From: Octopus bimaculoides
Taxonomy: Eukaryota
DNA length: 64,000 nt
Direction of reading: 5' to 3'
Assembly (NCBI RefSeq): GCF_001194135.2
Contig: NC_068985.1
Span: 46,189,894 to 46,253,893, forward strand
This document shows, piece after piece, positions 1 through 11,535 of the stretch. Every line of letters begins with the position of its first letter. Position 1 is the stretch's first letter. The notes beneath the pieces were generated by a model. That model was not told the origin of the DNA and did not search any database. It saw only the letters and a program-made list of their open reading frames with translations. The translations under genes and the position numbers were made by a program.

Positions 1-499
1 TATCAGTTGTTGATGTTTAGCCTTCAGGTCAACCTTGATCCAGTAATATATAAGCAGAGTCAATTCTAGTGGCATCACTACTGCTTGTAGTAGTAGTAGT
101 AGTATTAGTAGTAGTAACAGCAGCAGCAGCAGCAGCAGCAGCAGCTGAAGATGTAGTTGTAGTAAAAGGAGTTGAAATGATGGTACTGTTTGATGAAGGG
201 TTAATTTATGGTGTTGTTTACACAACTGTTTGCAGAATGTAATAGTATTTATTAATTCCAGTGGTTATAGTAGTTAGCTGTAGTAGTACTTATTTTTGTT
301 GTGGCTTGACCCTGATGAAGCAGACTCCTATTGAAAGGGCAGGGCCTTCCAGCCATGACCTTCATATCTAGTACACCTGGAACTGCATTATCTATTGATG
401 CCAGCTTGATTTGCACTGCGTGAGCACACTGGGCAGGTGTATTCTACTTTCGCTCACACACACACACATACACACACAGATAAACATATAGATACTTTA

Positions 500-1128
500 G
501 GAGTGGCTGTGTGGTAAGTAGCTTGCTTACCAACCACATGGTTCCGGGTTCAAACCCACTGCGTGGCACTTTGGGCAAGTGTCTTCTACTATAGCCTCGG
601 GCCGACCAAAGACTTGTGAGTGGATTTGGTAGACGGAAACTGAAAGAAAACCGTCGTATATATGTATATGTATATATATATATGTGTGTGTGTGTGTTTG
701 TGTGTCTGTGTTTGTCCCCCCAACATCACTTGACAACCGATACTGGTGTGTTTATGTCCCCATAACTTAGCAGTTCGGCAAAATAGACTGATAGAATAAG
801 TACTAGGCTNNNNNNNNNNGGGCCGACCAAAGACTTGTGAGTGGATTTGGTAGACGGAAACTGAAAGAAAACCGTCGTATATATGTATATGTATATATAT
901 ATATGTGTGTGTGTGTGTTTGTGTGTCTGTGTTTGTCCCCCCAACATCACTTGACAACCGATACTGGTGTGTTTATGTCCCCATAACTTAGCAGTTCGGC
1001 AAAATAGACTGATAGAATAAGTACTAGGCTTACAAAGAATAAGTCCTAGGGTCGATTTGCTCGACTAAAGGTGGTGCTCCAGCATGGCCGCAGTCAAATG
1101 ACTGAAACAAGTAAAAGAGTAAAAGAGT
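500..1128 (+). mobile_element. tRNA-headed SINE family A (internal TA/TG microsatellite, CAGTC-AAAT-GACTG stem-loop tail); copy inflated by a 211-bp duplication across a 10-N gap
   Basis: Head GGCTGTGTGGTAAG...GGTTCAAACCC has A/B-box-like motifs. Tail ends GACTGAAACAAGTAAAAGAGTAAAAGAGT. The same head and tail recur at 26.5, 29.6, 32.3 and 34.6 kb. Confidence 0.85.
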
Positions 1129-1194
1129 ATACTACATGTGAGCATTCATGCTGATCCCTCTGCAGTAACCTGCTCTGCTCCTTGTCTCTCAAAA

Positions 1195-1400
1195 CCCCAC
1201 ATCCCTGGGTTTTGTGGTACTTTGAACTGCATGGTGACCTCAATAGTGCAGGTGGCACAAAAAAAAAAAAAGCACCTAGTTCATATTGTAAAGTGGTTGG
1301 CATTAGGAAAGGCATCCAGCTGTAAAAACCATACCAAAGCAGACATAAGAGTTCGGTGCAGTCCTTGGACACATTGGTTCCTGTCAAACCATCTAAACCA
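1195..1400 (+). mobile_element. Decayed RTE-related short element (family R)
   Basis: GTGGTTGGCATTAGGAAAGGCATCCAGCTGTAAAAACC matches the better copies at 28.6 and 48.45 kb. Confidence 0.6.
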
Positions 1401-2049
1401 TAGGTTCTCAAAGTGGGTGCTACTGTCACTTTGTCACTCTTGCTGTCATAAATGCAGTGAATTTATGATAAGCCCATCAGAGGCCTTGGAGCCAACTACT
1501 CTCTTGTTTACAAATAGTGATGTAAATGTCCTTCCATTTTTCAGAAAGTAGGTTGTAATTTGAGTAAGATTTAGCTACTATTTCTAGCATATTGAGCATC
1601 TCACATAGAGGCTCAATTTAGAGTATTGGTCTCTAGTATTTCTATATTAGTAAGTAAAGGTGGTAGTACGGTTTATGAAGTGGTGAATGGTAGTAGTTAT
1701 AAAAATAATATATTTTCTGTAGTTGTCATTGTAGTATGTATGCAGTTAATTGTGCTGAACTTGCTGATGTTGGGTAGTTTTGGCAGTTGTGATGTTGCTG
1801 CACAGCAGCTTAACCCGTCAACCGTTCTCTAAGCCTCATTAAAAATTCATTATCTAGAGCGCTATCACTTCATTAATAATAATAATGTTAATAATGATGA
1901 TGATAGGAAGTGTAAACAGCAAGAGTATGTAGAACCGGCTGCTCAAGACTGGGATCTACTTGACCTGATCATGGAGATAGAGACAAAACAGGGAGGAAGG
2001 AGCAAGCACTGTCTATTCTCCCATGCTTTGTTTCCTTTCATTTTACATG

Positions 2050-2346
2050 ATCTTGTTGTTGTTGTTGGCACTCCGTCGCTTACGACGTCGAGGGTTCCAG
2101 TTGATCCGATCAACGGAACAGCCTGCTCGTGAAATTAACGTGCAAGTGGCTGAGCACTCCACAGACACGTGTACCCTTTATGTAGTTCTCAGGGATATTC
2201 AGCGTGACACAGTGTGACAAGGCTGACCCTTTGAATTACAGGTACAACAGAAACAGGAAGTAAGTGTGAGAGAAAGTTGTGGTGAAAGTGTATAGCAGGG
2301 TTCGCCACCATCCCCTGCCGGAGCCACGTGGAGCTTTAGGTGTTTT
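2050..2346 (-). mobile_element. tRNA-headed SINE family C, 5' end lost in gap
   Basis: Reverse complement of the full copy at 33315-33709, including the (CAA)n tail. Confidence 0.85.
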
Positions 2347-2654
2347 TNNNNNNNNNNNNNNNNNNNNNNNNNNNNNNNNNNNNNNNNNNNNNNNNNNNNN
2401 NNNNNNNNNNNNNNNNNNNNNNNNNNNNNNNNNNNNNNNNNNNNNNNNNNNNNNNNNNNNNNNNNNNNNNNNNNNNNNNNNNNNNNNNNNNNNNNNNNNN
2501 NNNNNNNNNNNNNNNNNNNNNNNNNNNNNNNNNNNNNNNNNNNNNNNNNNNNNNNNNNNNNNNNNNNNNNNNNNNNNNNNNNNNNNNNNNNNNNNNNNNN
2601 NNNNNNNNNNNNNNNNNNNNNNNNNNNNNNNNNNNNNNNNNNNNNNNNNNNNNN

Positions 2655-2688
<34 letters not shown>

Positions 2689-2900
2689 CCTTGATAGAAG
2701 TGTTTGATTTGAATGAGATTTCATTGCTATTTCTAGCAGATTGACCAAATGTTGTAGAGTCGCTTTGTTAGCTTGATGATTGTGGTGGAGTGTGTGCTTG
2801 TAGTGATCTGAGCGAGTTTATATATGATTGCTCTTTTAATGGTAGTTGCTATTTTCCTAATAGGACACCTGGTGTGTGCGTGTGTGTGTGTGCGTGTGTG

Positions 2901-2939
<39 letters not shown>

Positions 2940-3187
2940 TCATGTGTGCGTGTATGTGTATTTGTGTGTAAGTATATGTTTGAATGCACATATGTGTTTG
3001 TGAGTGTAATTAGTTAGTTAACACAGCTGACATGTCTTTCAGTTTTCACACAGCAGGAGTGAATTAATTCTACATGGANNNNNNNNNNNNNNNNNNNNNN
3101 NNNNNNNNNNNNNNNNNNNNNNNNNNNNNNNNNNNNNNNNNNNNNNNNNNNNNNNNNNNNNNNNNNNNNNNNNNNNNNNNNNNNNNN

Positions 3188-3222
<35 letters not shown>

Positions 3223-3531
3223 TTTTTAACCATATCAAGTTAGCATCAATGGTGTTGAGTTGATATAGACTTATGAATACCAGTATAAATACTCGGCAAG
3301 ACAGGTTTGGAGTTTCTGGTTCTTCACTTGAAACCATACCGTTTATCTATCTGTTCATGATAAAATAAGTACCAATGCTTTAAGATCAAACAATTATTTG
3401 AAATTGTGAGCTGGATACAGATTTGGCTCTCAAAATACTTTCAGATTTTTTTTGTTTTTTTGTTTTAGTTGTTGTCAAAATGAAAGTTAAGCAACACTAA
3501 GTTCTAAAATGGCTACAGATACTTTTCCTTA

Positions 3532-3733
3532 CACAGTGTTTAAATATGTGCTGCTATTAGTTTCATGCTGTAGAAACACAATAAATCAGAAATTTATAAC
3601 ATGCCTTGTGCCTCCAAGCAATCCTTTAGGCTGAGATGCCTTTTGCTTTGGAGGCACAAATCATGATTTAAAAATCTACTGATTTATTGTGTTTCTGCAG
3701 CATGAAACTAATAGCATGTATTTAGATACTGTG
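3532..3733. mobile_element. Fold-back MITE (near-perfect ~200-bp palindrome), TA-flanked, Tc1/mariner-like ends
   Basis: Ends read TA|CACAGT...ACTGTG|TA. The ~90-bp arms (GCTATTAGTTTTCATGCTGTAGAAACACAATAAATCAG...TTGTGCCTCCAAGCAA) are reverse complements around a ~20-nt spacer. Confidence 0.8.
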
Positions 3734-3776
3734 TATATTAAATGATATTTTTCTCTAAATGGATGGAGTACATTAA

Positions 3777-3984
3777 CCCTTTTGTTACCAACCTGGCTGA
3801 ATCTGGCTCTGACTCTGAGTACAAATGTCTTGTTTTCATAAGTTTTGAATTAGGATCTTCCACCAAACCTTAGTCACAATTTATGTTCCTAACACTAACT
3901 GAATGATAACTAAGTTATTTTACTAAATTCTTTGTTATTGAAAGAAACACAGAGCATCTCAAAATAAATACAGTAATGAAAGTA
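3777..3984 (+). mobile_element. piggyBac-type MITE family P1
   Basis: TTAA flanks (3773-3776, 3985-3988) and a CCCTTTTGTTACC-like terminus. Reverse complement of 4509-4728. Confidence 0.75.
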
Positions 3985-4508
3985 TTAAAATCTCTATATG
4001 TATACAAATAGATAGACATTGCAGTGACTGTATATTGAATAAAGTTTGCATATTATGATGTATCATCATAATAGTATTATATGTAGGATATATCATAATG
4101 ATATTTGTATGTGTATAGAATGTATGTTATAGGTAAAGATATACTATTTTTGGTAGATGAACTTTAATCAGAATCTAGCCTGGCAATGATACATATGTTG
4201 TAACAAGTCTATGTTGATTCATTTAATAAATGCCAGTTTTATCTCACTTCTTTTACAATGCTATCAATTTTGACAGCGCTAGTGTACTAATCGGTATTAT
4301 AATAATTTCTTATATTGGCGCAAAACCACAGATTTGCAGAAGAAGAGTCACATAAATGGATTTACAAACAGATAACTTGTTTGTGATTGTATTGTCATAG
4401 CAAAAATCAGTACTGCTATGATTTCTATTGTGAAGATAACCTTCACAAGTGATGTAAAACACACTGCTAACATAGTAGGATATAGTATTGACTTATAGAA
4501 ATGTTTAA

Positions 4509-4728
4509 CACTTTTGTTACCATATTATTTTTAGATGCTCTGTGTTTCTTTCAATTATTTTAAATATAACAGAGAATTTAGTAAAATAACTTAGTTATCA
4601 TTCAGTTAGTGTTAGGAACATAAATTGTGACTAAGGTTTAGTGGAAGATTTTGATTCAAAATTTATGAAAACAAGACGTTTGTATGAAAGAATCAGAGCC
4701 GGTTTCAGCCGGGTTGGTAATGAAAAGG
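4509..4728 (-). mobile_element. piggyBac-type MITE family P1, inverted relative to 3777-3984
   Basis: TTAA flanks; termini CACTTTTGTTACC / GGTAATGAAAAGG. The body is the reverse complement of the 3.8-kb copy. Confidence 0.75.
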
Positions 4729-4864
4729 TTAATATACTTTATAGTATGTTATGGTTCATTAATAAGTTAACTGTGGTTGGATTTGAACATAAAACAGTGA
4801 TGAAATCAAAAGTGGAAGTCAGCACTGCTTTTTTTTTTTTTTAATGTAACAATGATATTAATGA

Positions 4865-5230
4865 CGTAGGCATAAGGCCAGAAATTTGGAGGGAGGGTAG
4901 TAAATTAAATCAATCTCATGTCTTGACTAGTACTTGATTTTATCAAATGCAGAAGGATGAAAGGTAAAATTGACCTCAGTGGGATTTGAAAACAGAAAAT
5001 AAAGAGCCAGAACAAATACTGCAAGACATTTGGTTTCAATACCCCACTAATTCTGTCTATCCACCATCTTAAAACTGTTTGGGCACAAGACTAGCAATTT
5101 GGAGGGAAAAAGTTGGTTAGTTGGTTAAATTCAACTCCAGTACTTGACTGATATTTACTTTATCAAAGAGGGAAGGGTGGAAGGTAAAGTTGACCTTGGG
5201 AAGATTTGAACTCAGAATATAATGATCCAG
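4865..5230 (-). mobile_element. Two decayed tandem copies of SINE family B
   Basis: Both contain AAAGTTGACCT...GGATTTGAA(A/C)(T/C)CAGAA, the antisense of the family B core TTCTGAGTTCAAATTCCGCCGAGGTCGACTTT. Confidence 0.65.
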
Positions 5231-6269
5231 AAGAAATACCTTTAATGTAACTATAATGATGATGATGTATTTATTGGTTCAAACAGTTTCAAATATTACA
5301 AACTGTAAATTTAATCTGATGGAGGCACCCCTAATAGCTGAGAGACTCTACTTCAGAATGTATAATTGTGCTTAGATAGCAAATTTGACAAGTTCATTTC
5401 CATGGGTCATTTAGTATTGAACTTGTTGTAGCTAAATAATCAGTGAACATAAAATATATCTGGCACCATCTCTCTTGTCTATTTTGTATATAAATAAATA
5501 AATGATTGAATAACAAAAAAAACAAAAAAAACAAGAAAAGATTTCTAATAATATTTTGTGGGATTTTGTTGGTGCCATTAGGGTTTATTATCATTTATAG
5601 CAGTCTATATTTTTTGCTTTTTCCAGTCTGATATCAGTTTTGTATTAAATGATTTCTGCTTTACCTCCTCAACTAACCATCCTACATGAAAGTTCATCAT
5701 TCTCGCAATGTTGTTTTAATTTTCAGCCACAATTGAATATAAATCAGATAAAACTACTATAAAAGACAGATTAGAACCAATTATACATTGAGAAATAATT
5801 GGATTAATTTACATTTCATTTGTTTTATTTTTATTTATTTTATATTTTTGCAAGCAATCATAAAGAGGTGTATGTATGTGTGTGTATATGAATGAATATT
5901 TTATGTCATTCAATAAGCGTCCGTATATATTGATTACTAAAAGGATATATATTTATAAATAGAAGAAATAAAATATATATTTATGTATCCATTCATAAAC
6001 ATAGTTTTCATATGCATGCTTAAGTGTTTGATACATACGCACACATACACAGGTGCAGACATGGTCGTGTTGGTAAGTTGTTTGCTTTGGAATCATGTAT
6101 TTTTGGATTCACTCCCACGGTGCTGCATCTAAGGAAAGGGTCTTCTATTATAACCCTGAGTGAATTTGGTTGGCAAGAAATAATGTGGAAACCCATTGTA
6201 TGTGTGTGCGCTCACGTGTGTGTAATGTATGTATGTATGTTATGTGTGTATGTATCAATGAATGAATGA

Positions 6270-6620
6270 ATGATTTTTCTTTGAGTTTAATTTAAGTTCT
6301 TGAGAGAGTGCATGCCGGTCGCTAACAAATCGACAAGACTTTTCGAGTTAAGAGATTTCTCAGTGTTTGTAAATATGTGGTTGAGTTGGTGTGTTGATTG
6401 AAACGTTGCTGCATACACACAAGTGTGTGCATCTATTCACATGAGAATCTCAGATGGAGAATTTTTGGAATATCTTACAGATCTTCACTGTGCCACTCAC
6501 TAATAGATTGGATTTGGAGAATCCACATCAGTTTCTTTTGTTCTTTCTCCATGAAACCGAATATTTCTAGGTTTTCTTTTTGTGCAAATTTGTTGGTACA
6601 TAACCTAATACATCTATGAT
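6270..6620 (-). pseudogene. Possible highly decayed Penelope-like linker/GIY-YIG coding relic
   Basis: Manual translation across frameshifts and stops gives LLVSGTVKICKIFQKFSI, QRFNQHTNS and IKLKEKSFIH. These loosely resemble the PLE LPY..S.KI..I linker, R..EH and I.EA..I motifs. Weak. Confidence 0.3.
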
Positions 6621-6664
6621 GATAGGTATGTATGTATGTATATATGTGTTTGTGATCCCCCCCA

Positions 6665-6970
6665 CCCAGTGGTTAGGGTATTTAACTCATGATTGTAAGG
6701 TCATGAGCTCAATTCCCAACAGTGCATTGTGTCCTTGAGCAAAACACTTTATTTCGCGTTGCTCCAGTCCACTAAGCTGGCAAAAATGAGTAGTACCTGT
6801 ATTTCAAAGGGCCAACCTTGTCACACTCTGTGTCACACTGATTCTTCCAGAAACTACAATAAGGGTATGCATGTATGCGGTGTGCATAGCCACTTGGTGG
6901 TTAATTTCATGAGCAGGTAGTTCCATTGTTGGATCAACTGAAACACTTGTCAAAACTGATAGAATGCCAG
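6665..6970 (+). mobile_element. tRNA-headed SINE sharing the family C core
   Basis: Head CCCAGTGGTTAGGG...TCAATTCCC. Core CCTTGTCACACTCTGTGTCACACTGA...GTTAATTTCATGAGCAG as in 33.5 kb. Confidence 0.7.
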
Positions 6971-7457
6971 TTCCCTCACCCTCCACTTTGGAACAGGTGT
7001 TGGTTTGTTTGTGTCCCCCATAGCTTAGTGGTTTGGTAAAAGAGACTGATAGACTTAATACCAGACTTAAAAATCAGTACTGGGGGTCAATTTTAACAAG
7101 TAAAAGAATACGGATAAAGATTATATATTTGATATGCATGTTTTATATGTATAACGGTAAACTTCAACTGAAGAAACACACCATACATATAGGTGGAATA
7201 TGAGATTATATTTTTGCTAGTACAAGTAGACATTTAGCCTCATTAGACTCAAATATATATATATGTATTTTACAGGGGAAGGCTGGTTTATGGGATTACC
7301 CTGGGTTTCCCATCGATAAAGGGTTTAACCTTATGGTGTATCGTCAGACTCCAAAACTGGCCTAATAAACCGGCCTTCCCCAGTAAAATATATACAGCTC
7401 TACGTCTTAGAGTGAGCTTCTCTGGATTTATGTTTTCTACAAACAATACACACACAC

Positions 7458-7690
7458 AGCGGTGAGCTGGCAGAAACGTTAGCACGCCGGGCGAAATGCT
7501 TAGCGGTATTTCGTCTGCCGCTACGTTCTGAGTTCAAATTCCGCCGAGGTCGACTTTGCCTTTCATCCTTTCGGGGGTCGATTAAATAAGTACCAGTTAC
7601 GCACTGGGGTCGATATAATCGACTCAATCCGTTTGCCTGTCTTTGTTTGTCCCCTCTGTGTGTAGCCCCTTGTGGGTAGTAAAGAAATAA
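7458..7690 (+). mobile_element. Young, CpG-intact copy of tRNA-headed SINE family B
   Basis: GGTGAGCTGGCAGAAACGTTAGC...GAGTTCAAATTCCGCCGAGGTCGACTTTGCC...AAGTACCAG. Decayed relatives occur throughout the window. Confidence 0.85.
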
Positions 7691-7768
7691 CACATACACA
7701 CACGGGAAGAATGTGTATGCAGTATTCTGATTATTAACTTTGATGCATGCACACACCCACACCCACGT

Positions 7769-7809
<41 letters not shown>

Positions 7810-8066
7810 TATATGATCACATGATCAGCTATACATATCGCTGAACATGTAATTATGGCTGGTTTGTGTATACACACACACATAGCCATATGTATATTTC
7901 ATTTGTCATGAAAACATAGAGGTGTGGGTTCATGTCTCATGGTTACAGAAAACACTACTTTTTTCTGTTGAGGGCTTATATCCTTCAGTATTAGACTATT
8001 TTCTTTAATCAATACATGGTTTTTGCTTATAAGCTTTAAGCTTATAAGATATTATTATTATGCACA

Positions 8067-8111
<45 letters not shown>

Positions 8112-10051
8112 CATACAGAATATAGGAACACTTGTATCCATATACCTGTTTTCATTGACTGGTTTATATGATTATTTCAAATTCTTATTTTTATTATATA
8201 TACTCATTTCCACATTTTCTCAAGCTGTCATATGATGGAACTGATCTTTAAATTCTCAAACTTGTGTTTGGGATGCTTAATTTTTTGTTTGGTGGGCTGA
8301 AGCAGATACATGAGAGTTTTGAATGGTATAATTCAACAAATGATTTTCAGTTCAATTCCTATCAAGGTTGAACTACTCTTTCGACCACATGAGTATTAAT
8401 TTAAATCTCTGTCACAGCAGGATGGAAATTAATAATGATATTCAATATTAATATATTCAACATGTGTGTATGCACACATTAAAATGTATGCTTATAACAA
8501 GAATGGTATCATGGTCTTAGACAGAGTCCTGTACTGTATAACAATTGTATGTATGCCTTGACAGGCTTTGGCACATACACAGGTTCACTGAAAAATCTAG
8601 AGATAAAACGGTGGAGCTATTAAAACAACATTTGTCACGACAAGCCTTCGGCAGGTTGTCATTGTTTTGGGTCAAAGTCGTGCTTTGAAAGTCCAGTTTT
8701 CTAATCTTCTTTCTCTTTATATTTTACATTTTTACCTTCTTCATCTCCCTTCTTCCTGGCGTATCATTTGTTTCTTTATTCTTAATCTTCCTTCTTTTCT
8801 TTTCATCTTATCATCATCATAATCATCATCTATGTTTTCTTGGACATATTGAGCTAAATTCTTCAATTATACAATAGAATACAGTTTGGCAGTATTATGT
8901 TTTCAAGCCACAGTTATCATCTTCATAGCTATCATTATCATCAACGTAGTCTCCCTTCTTCTCACCAGTGTTTTTTTCCTTTTTATTTGCTCTTTTTATA
9001 TGCTCTGATGCTGTAATCATCATCATCACAATGCTTTAATCATCATCATCATCATCATAATCATCATCAGTGGAAGATTTGCTCTGTAAGATAAAAATCA
9101 TTAAAGCGACATTGTTTAGCTTCCTTTTTTTTAAATATTTTCTACATCATCATTTATATTTTTGTGGTTGCTGCTGCTGCTGCTGTTTGCAGCAGCTATT
9201 CCTCTCTTTCTTTTTTTTTTGTTTGTTTTTAATATCTTTTTTTTTTGTTTTATAATTGTTTTATTCAGTCACAGCAGTAAACAGAGGTATCTTGAGGTGT
9301 ACAATTAAATTGAAATCCATTTTGGCAGATTTGTTGAATTGAAGAAAACAAGCAATAAAATGGAAATTTTTAAAAAGAAAATGAAATAAACATTCCCAAA
9401 TTGCCAAAATAATGATTTGTCCTTCCAAAATTTGAAATTTAAATTAGAAAATAAAATGAGACAAACTCCAAGCAAACAAAGAGTGATTACTAAAAATGAA
9501 AGATCCTTGAAAAATCTTAAGTATTACATTTAAATTTGAACCCTTCAAGTTAGTTCTTCCATACATCATTTAAACGTTGAATAAAATTTTCAGAACAAGA
9601 TAACTTAAAATTTATTTGCTAATTCATTGGAATTCTTTTGTTTTAATTATAACTTTAAATACAAAGAAAGTTGAATGTTCAAGGTCATGATTTGAAAAAA
9701 CTGTCATTGAATCTTTGCTCTTTGACTAGGTCCATTACTCAACTTCACTTAGTCAGCACAACTGTTCAATTTTTACTTTTGAACACCTTTCTTTCCGATT
9801 AGCATTATGAAGGATGGCTATTCAATGATAAAATTATTGTGGTATCATTTCAGGTAAATATCTGAATTAACACTCTGGGCTGAACATCTGACAGCTTGGT
9901 ACTTGTTTTAGAGATTGTAGTATTGATATTTGTTTCTTTTGATACCAACTCAACCGAGACTATCACTTATGATACAAACTACCTTTTTTTAAAATGTTCA
10001 TATTTAATTAGACCGAATTTTCCATTAAATTATGTTCTAAATGTTAGTTAA

Positions 10052-10245
10052 TCCTTTTAGCATTTAAACCAGCTACATCCATGCCAAATATTCTGTCTGT
10101 TTTGTGTTCAAAGCAGCCAGATCTGACCTCTCACACCTACCCTGCAATGTCGTTTTAGAAGTACATAACTGCATCATCAAAATCTCAATGCTTTGAGATA
10201 ATGCAGGATTCAAAATAATGATAGAATAATCTAATGGCTAAAGGG
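10052..10245. mobile_element. piggyBac-type MITE family P2
   Basis: TTAA|TCCTTTTAGCATTT...AATGGCTAAAGGG|TTAA. The body is the reverse complement of 14363-14547. Confidence 0.75.
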
Positions 10246-10744
10246 TTAAATATAAAAAGATTATTTCACTAAATCTCTTCAAATTCTTGATTTCCAAATT
10301 TTTGAAACCTGTAAGTAGTGTATTGCATTGAATTTATGTTCATAAAAGATGTTAAGCTCGTATCATTTATATTCTGTTGAAGCTAACCCTGTCAATTATA
10401 GCTTTTCAACAAACCTCTTTTCACTCAGTTTGAACTGAATTCGTTGGATTAATTATAAAGATATCAAGACAGATTTATCACTCTACGTAGGTTTAAATGG
10501 ATACTGATATTTTAATAGTTCTATTAGTGTGTGTGTGTGTATATATATCAAGGTGAAGGGAATGAGTGTTTTGAGGATAATGAACCATTGCTAGTGAAAG
10601 GAGTCCACATGTAGTTCTGGTTATTATTGTTGAAGTATTCACTGAATGCAAAGAGCTATGTAGCAAGAAAAGAATGTTTTGTTCTCTGGCTTCTTAAAGT
10701 TGATGAAATTAAACTCCATTAAATATGTTAACACTAATTTAACC

Positions 10745-11115
10745 ATCGCTTCTCATGTGGATGAGAAGGCTCTCTTGGTGTAACACTACTTGATAGGGTA
10801 TGTAGCTCAGAGACCAAGGGAGTCTTTCCAGGTCAAGCTACTACTTCTCTGCATTGAAAGGCTACAACTCTGGTGCTATGGACATGTGATTAGAATGTCA
10901 CAGAAAAGAATTGCAAGACAGATTCTCCAAGCCAAACCAACCAGCAAGTGACCTAAGGGTGAACCAAGAATAAGATTATTTTGGTTAGTCATGCTTTGCA
11001 GACCGGCTGGAAAATGTAATGAAGGTTGCTTTTGATAGGACCCTGTAGAGGAGGTGCCTAAGGATTCTACCCCAACAACTCTCTCAGGAATAGTGGGTTG
11101 AAAAGATGGATGAAT
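10745..11115 (+). mobile_element. RTE-clade LINE 3' fragment (decayed)
   Basis: Translation across a frameshift: GVTLLDRVCSSE.../QVKLLLLCIERLQLWCYGHVIRMSQKRIARQILQAKPTSK*PKGEPR. This matches the RTE C-terminal L.WFGHV.RM...R.P.GRPR motif. GGATG-type tail. Confidence 0.8.
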
Positions 11116-11317
11116 TTTTTTTAAATATGCTAATTTCTATACCTGTTCTGGTATAATATTGTATGTCTAATTAGTGATCTCATTATTATTTTCATGAAGA
11201 ATTTAGTAACCATATGTGGAGTTGTAATAAGTTTGCAACATGATTTCATTTTAATGTTTATTATATTAAATATGTAAACACTAACTTAAATTAATACTCA
11301 TTATTTGACTTATTTTT

Positions 11318-11535
11318 AAGGTGGTGAGCTAGCAGAAATGTTAGCATGCTAGGCGAAATGCTTAGCAGTATTTCGTCTGTCTTTACGTTCTGAGTTCAAA
11401 TTCCACCGAGGTCGACTTTGCTTTTCATCCTCTTGGGGTCGATAAATTAAGTACCAGTTGCGTACTGGGGTTGATCTAATTGACTGACCTCCTACCCAAA
11501 AATTGTTGGCCTTGTGCCTAGAATAGAAAAGATTA
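11318..11535 (+). mobile_element. SINE family B
   Basis: Full-length match to the 7458 copy, with CpG-to-TpG/CpA decay. Confidence 0.8.

Noticed and set aside
310-345. CTGATGA...GAAA hammerhead candidate
   Set aside because: No stem II or III pairing; the sequence belongs to interspersed repeat family E.
599-1030. Perfect 211-bp direct duplication inside a SINE
   Set aside because: The copies are identical and abut a 10-N gap; this is typical contig-overlap artefact.
8700-9070. Acidic D/E/K-rich reading on the minus strand
   Set aside because: It derives from (ATC)n/pyrimidine low-complexity sequence with frequent stops.
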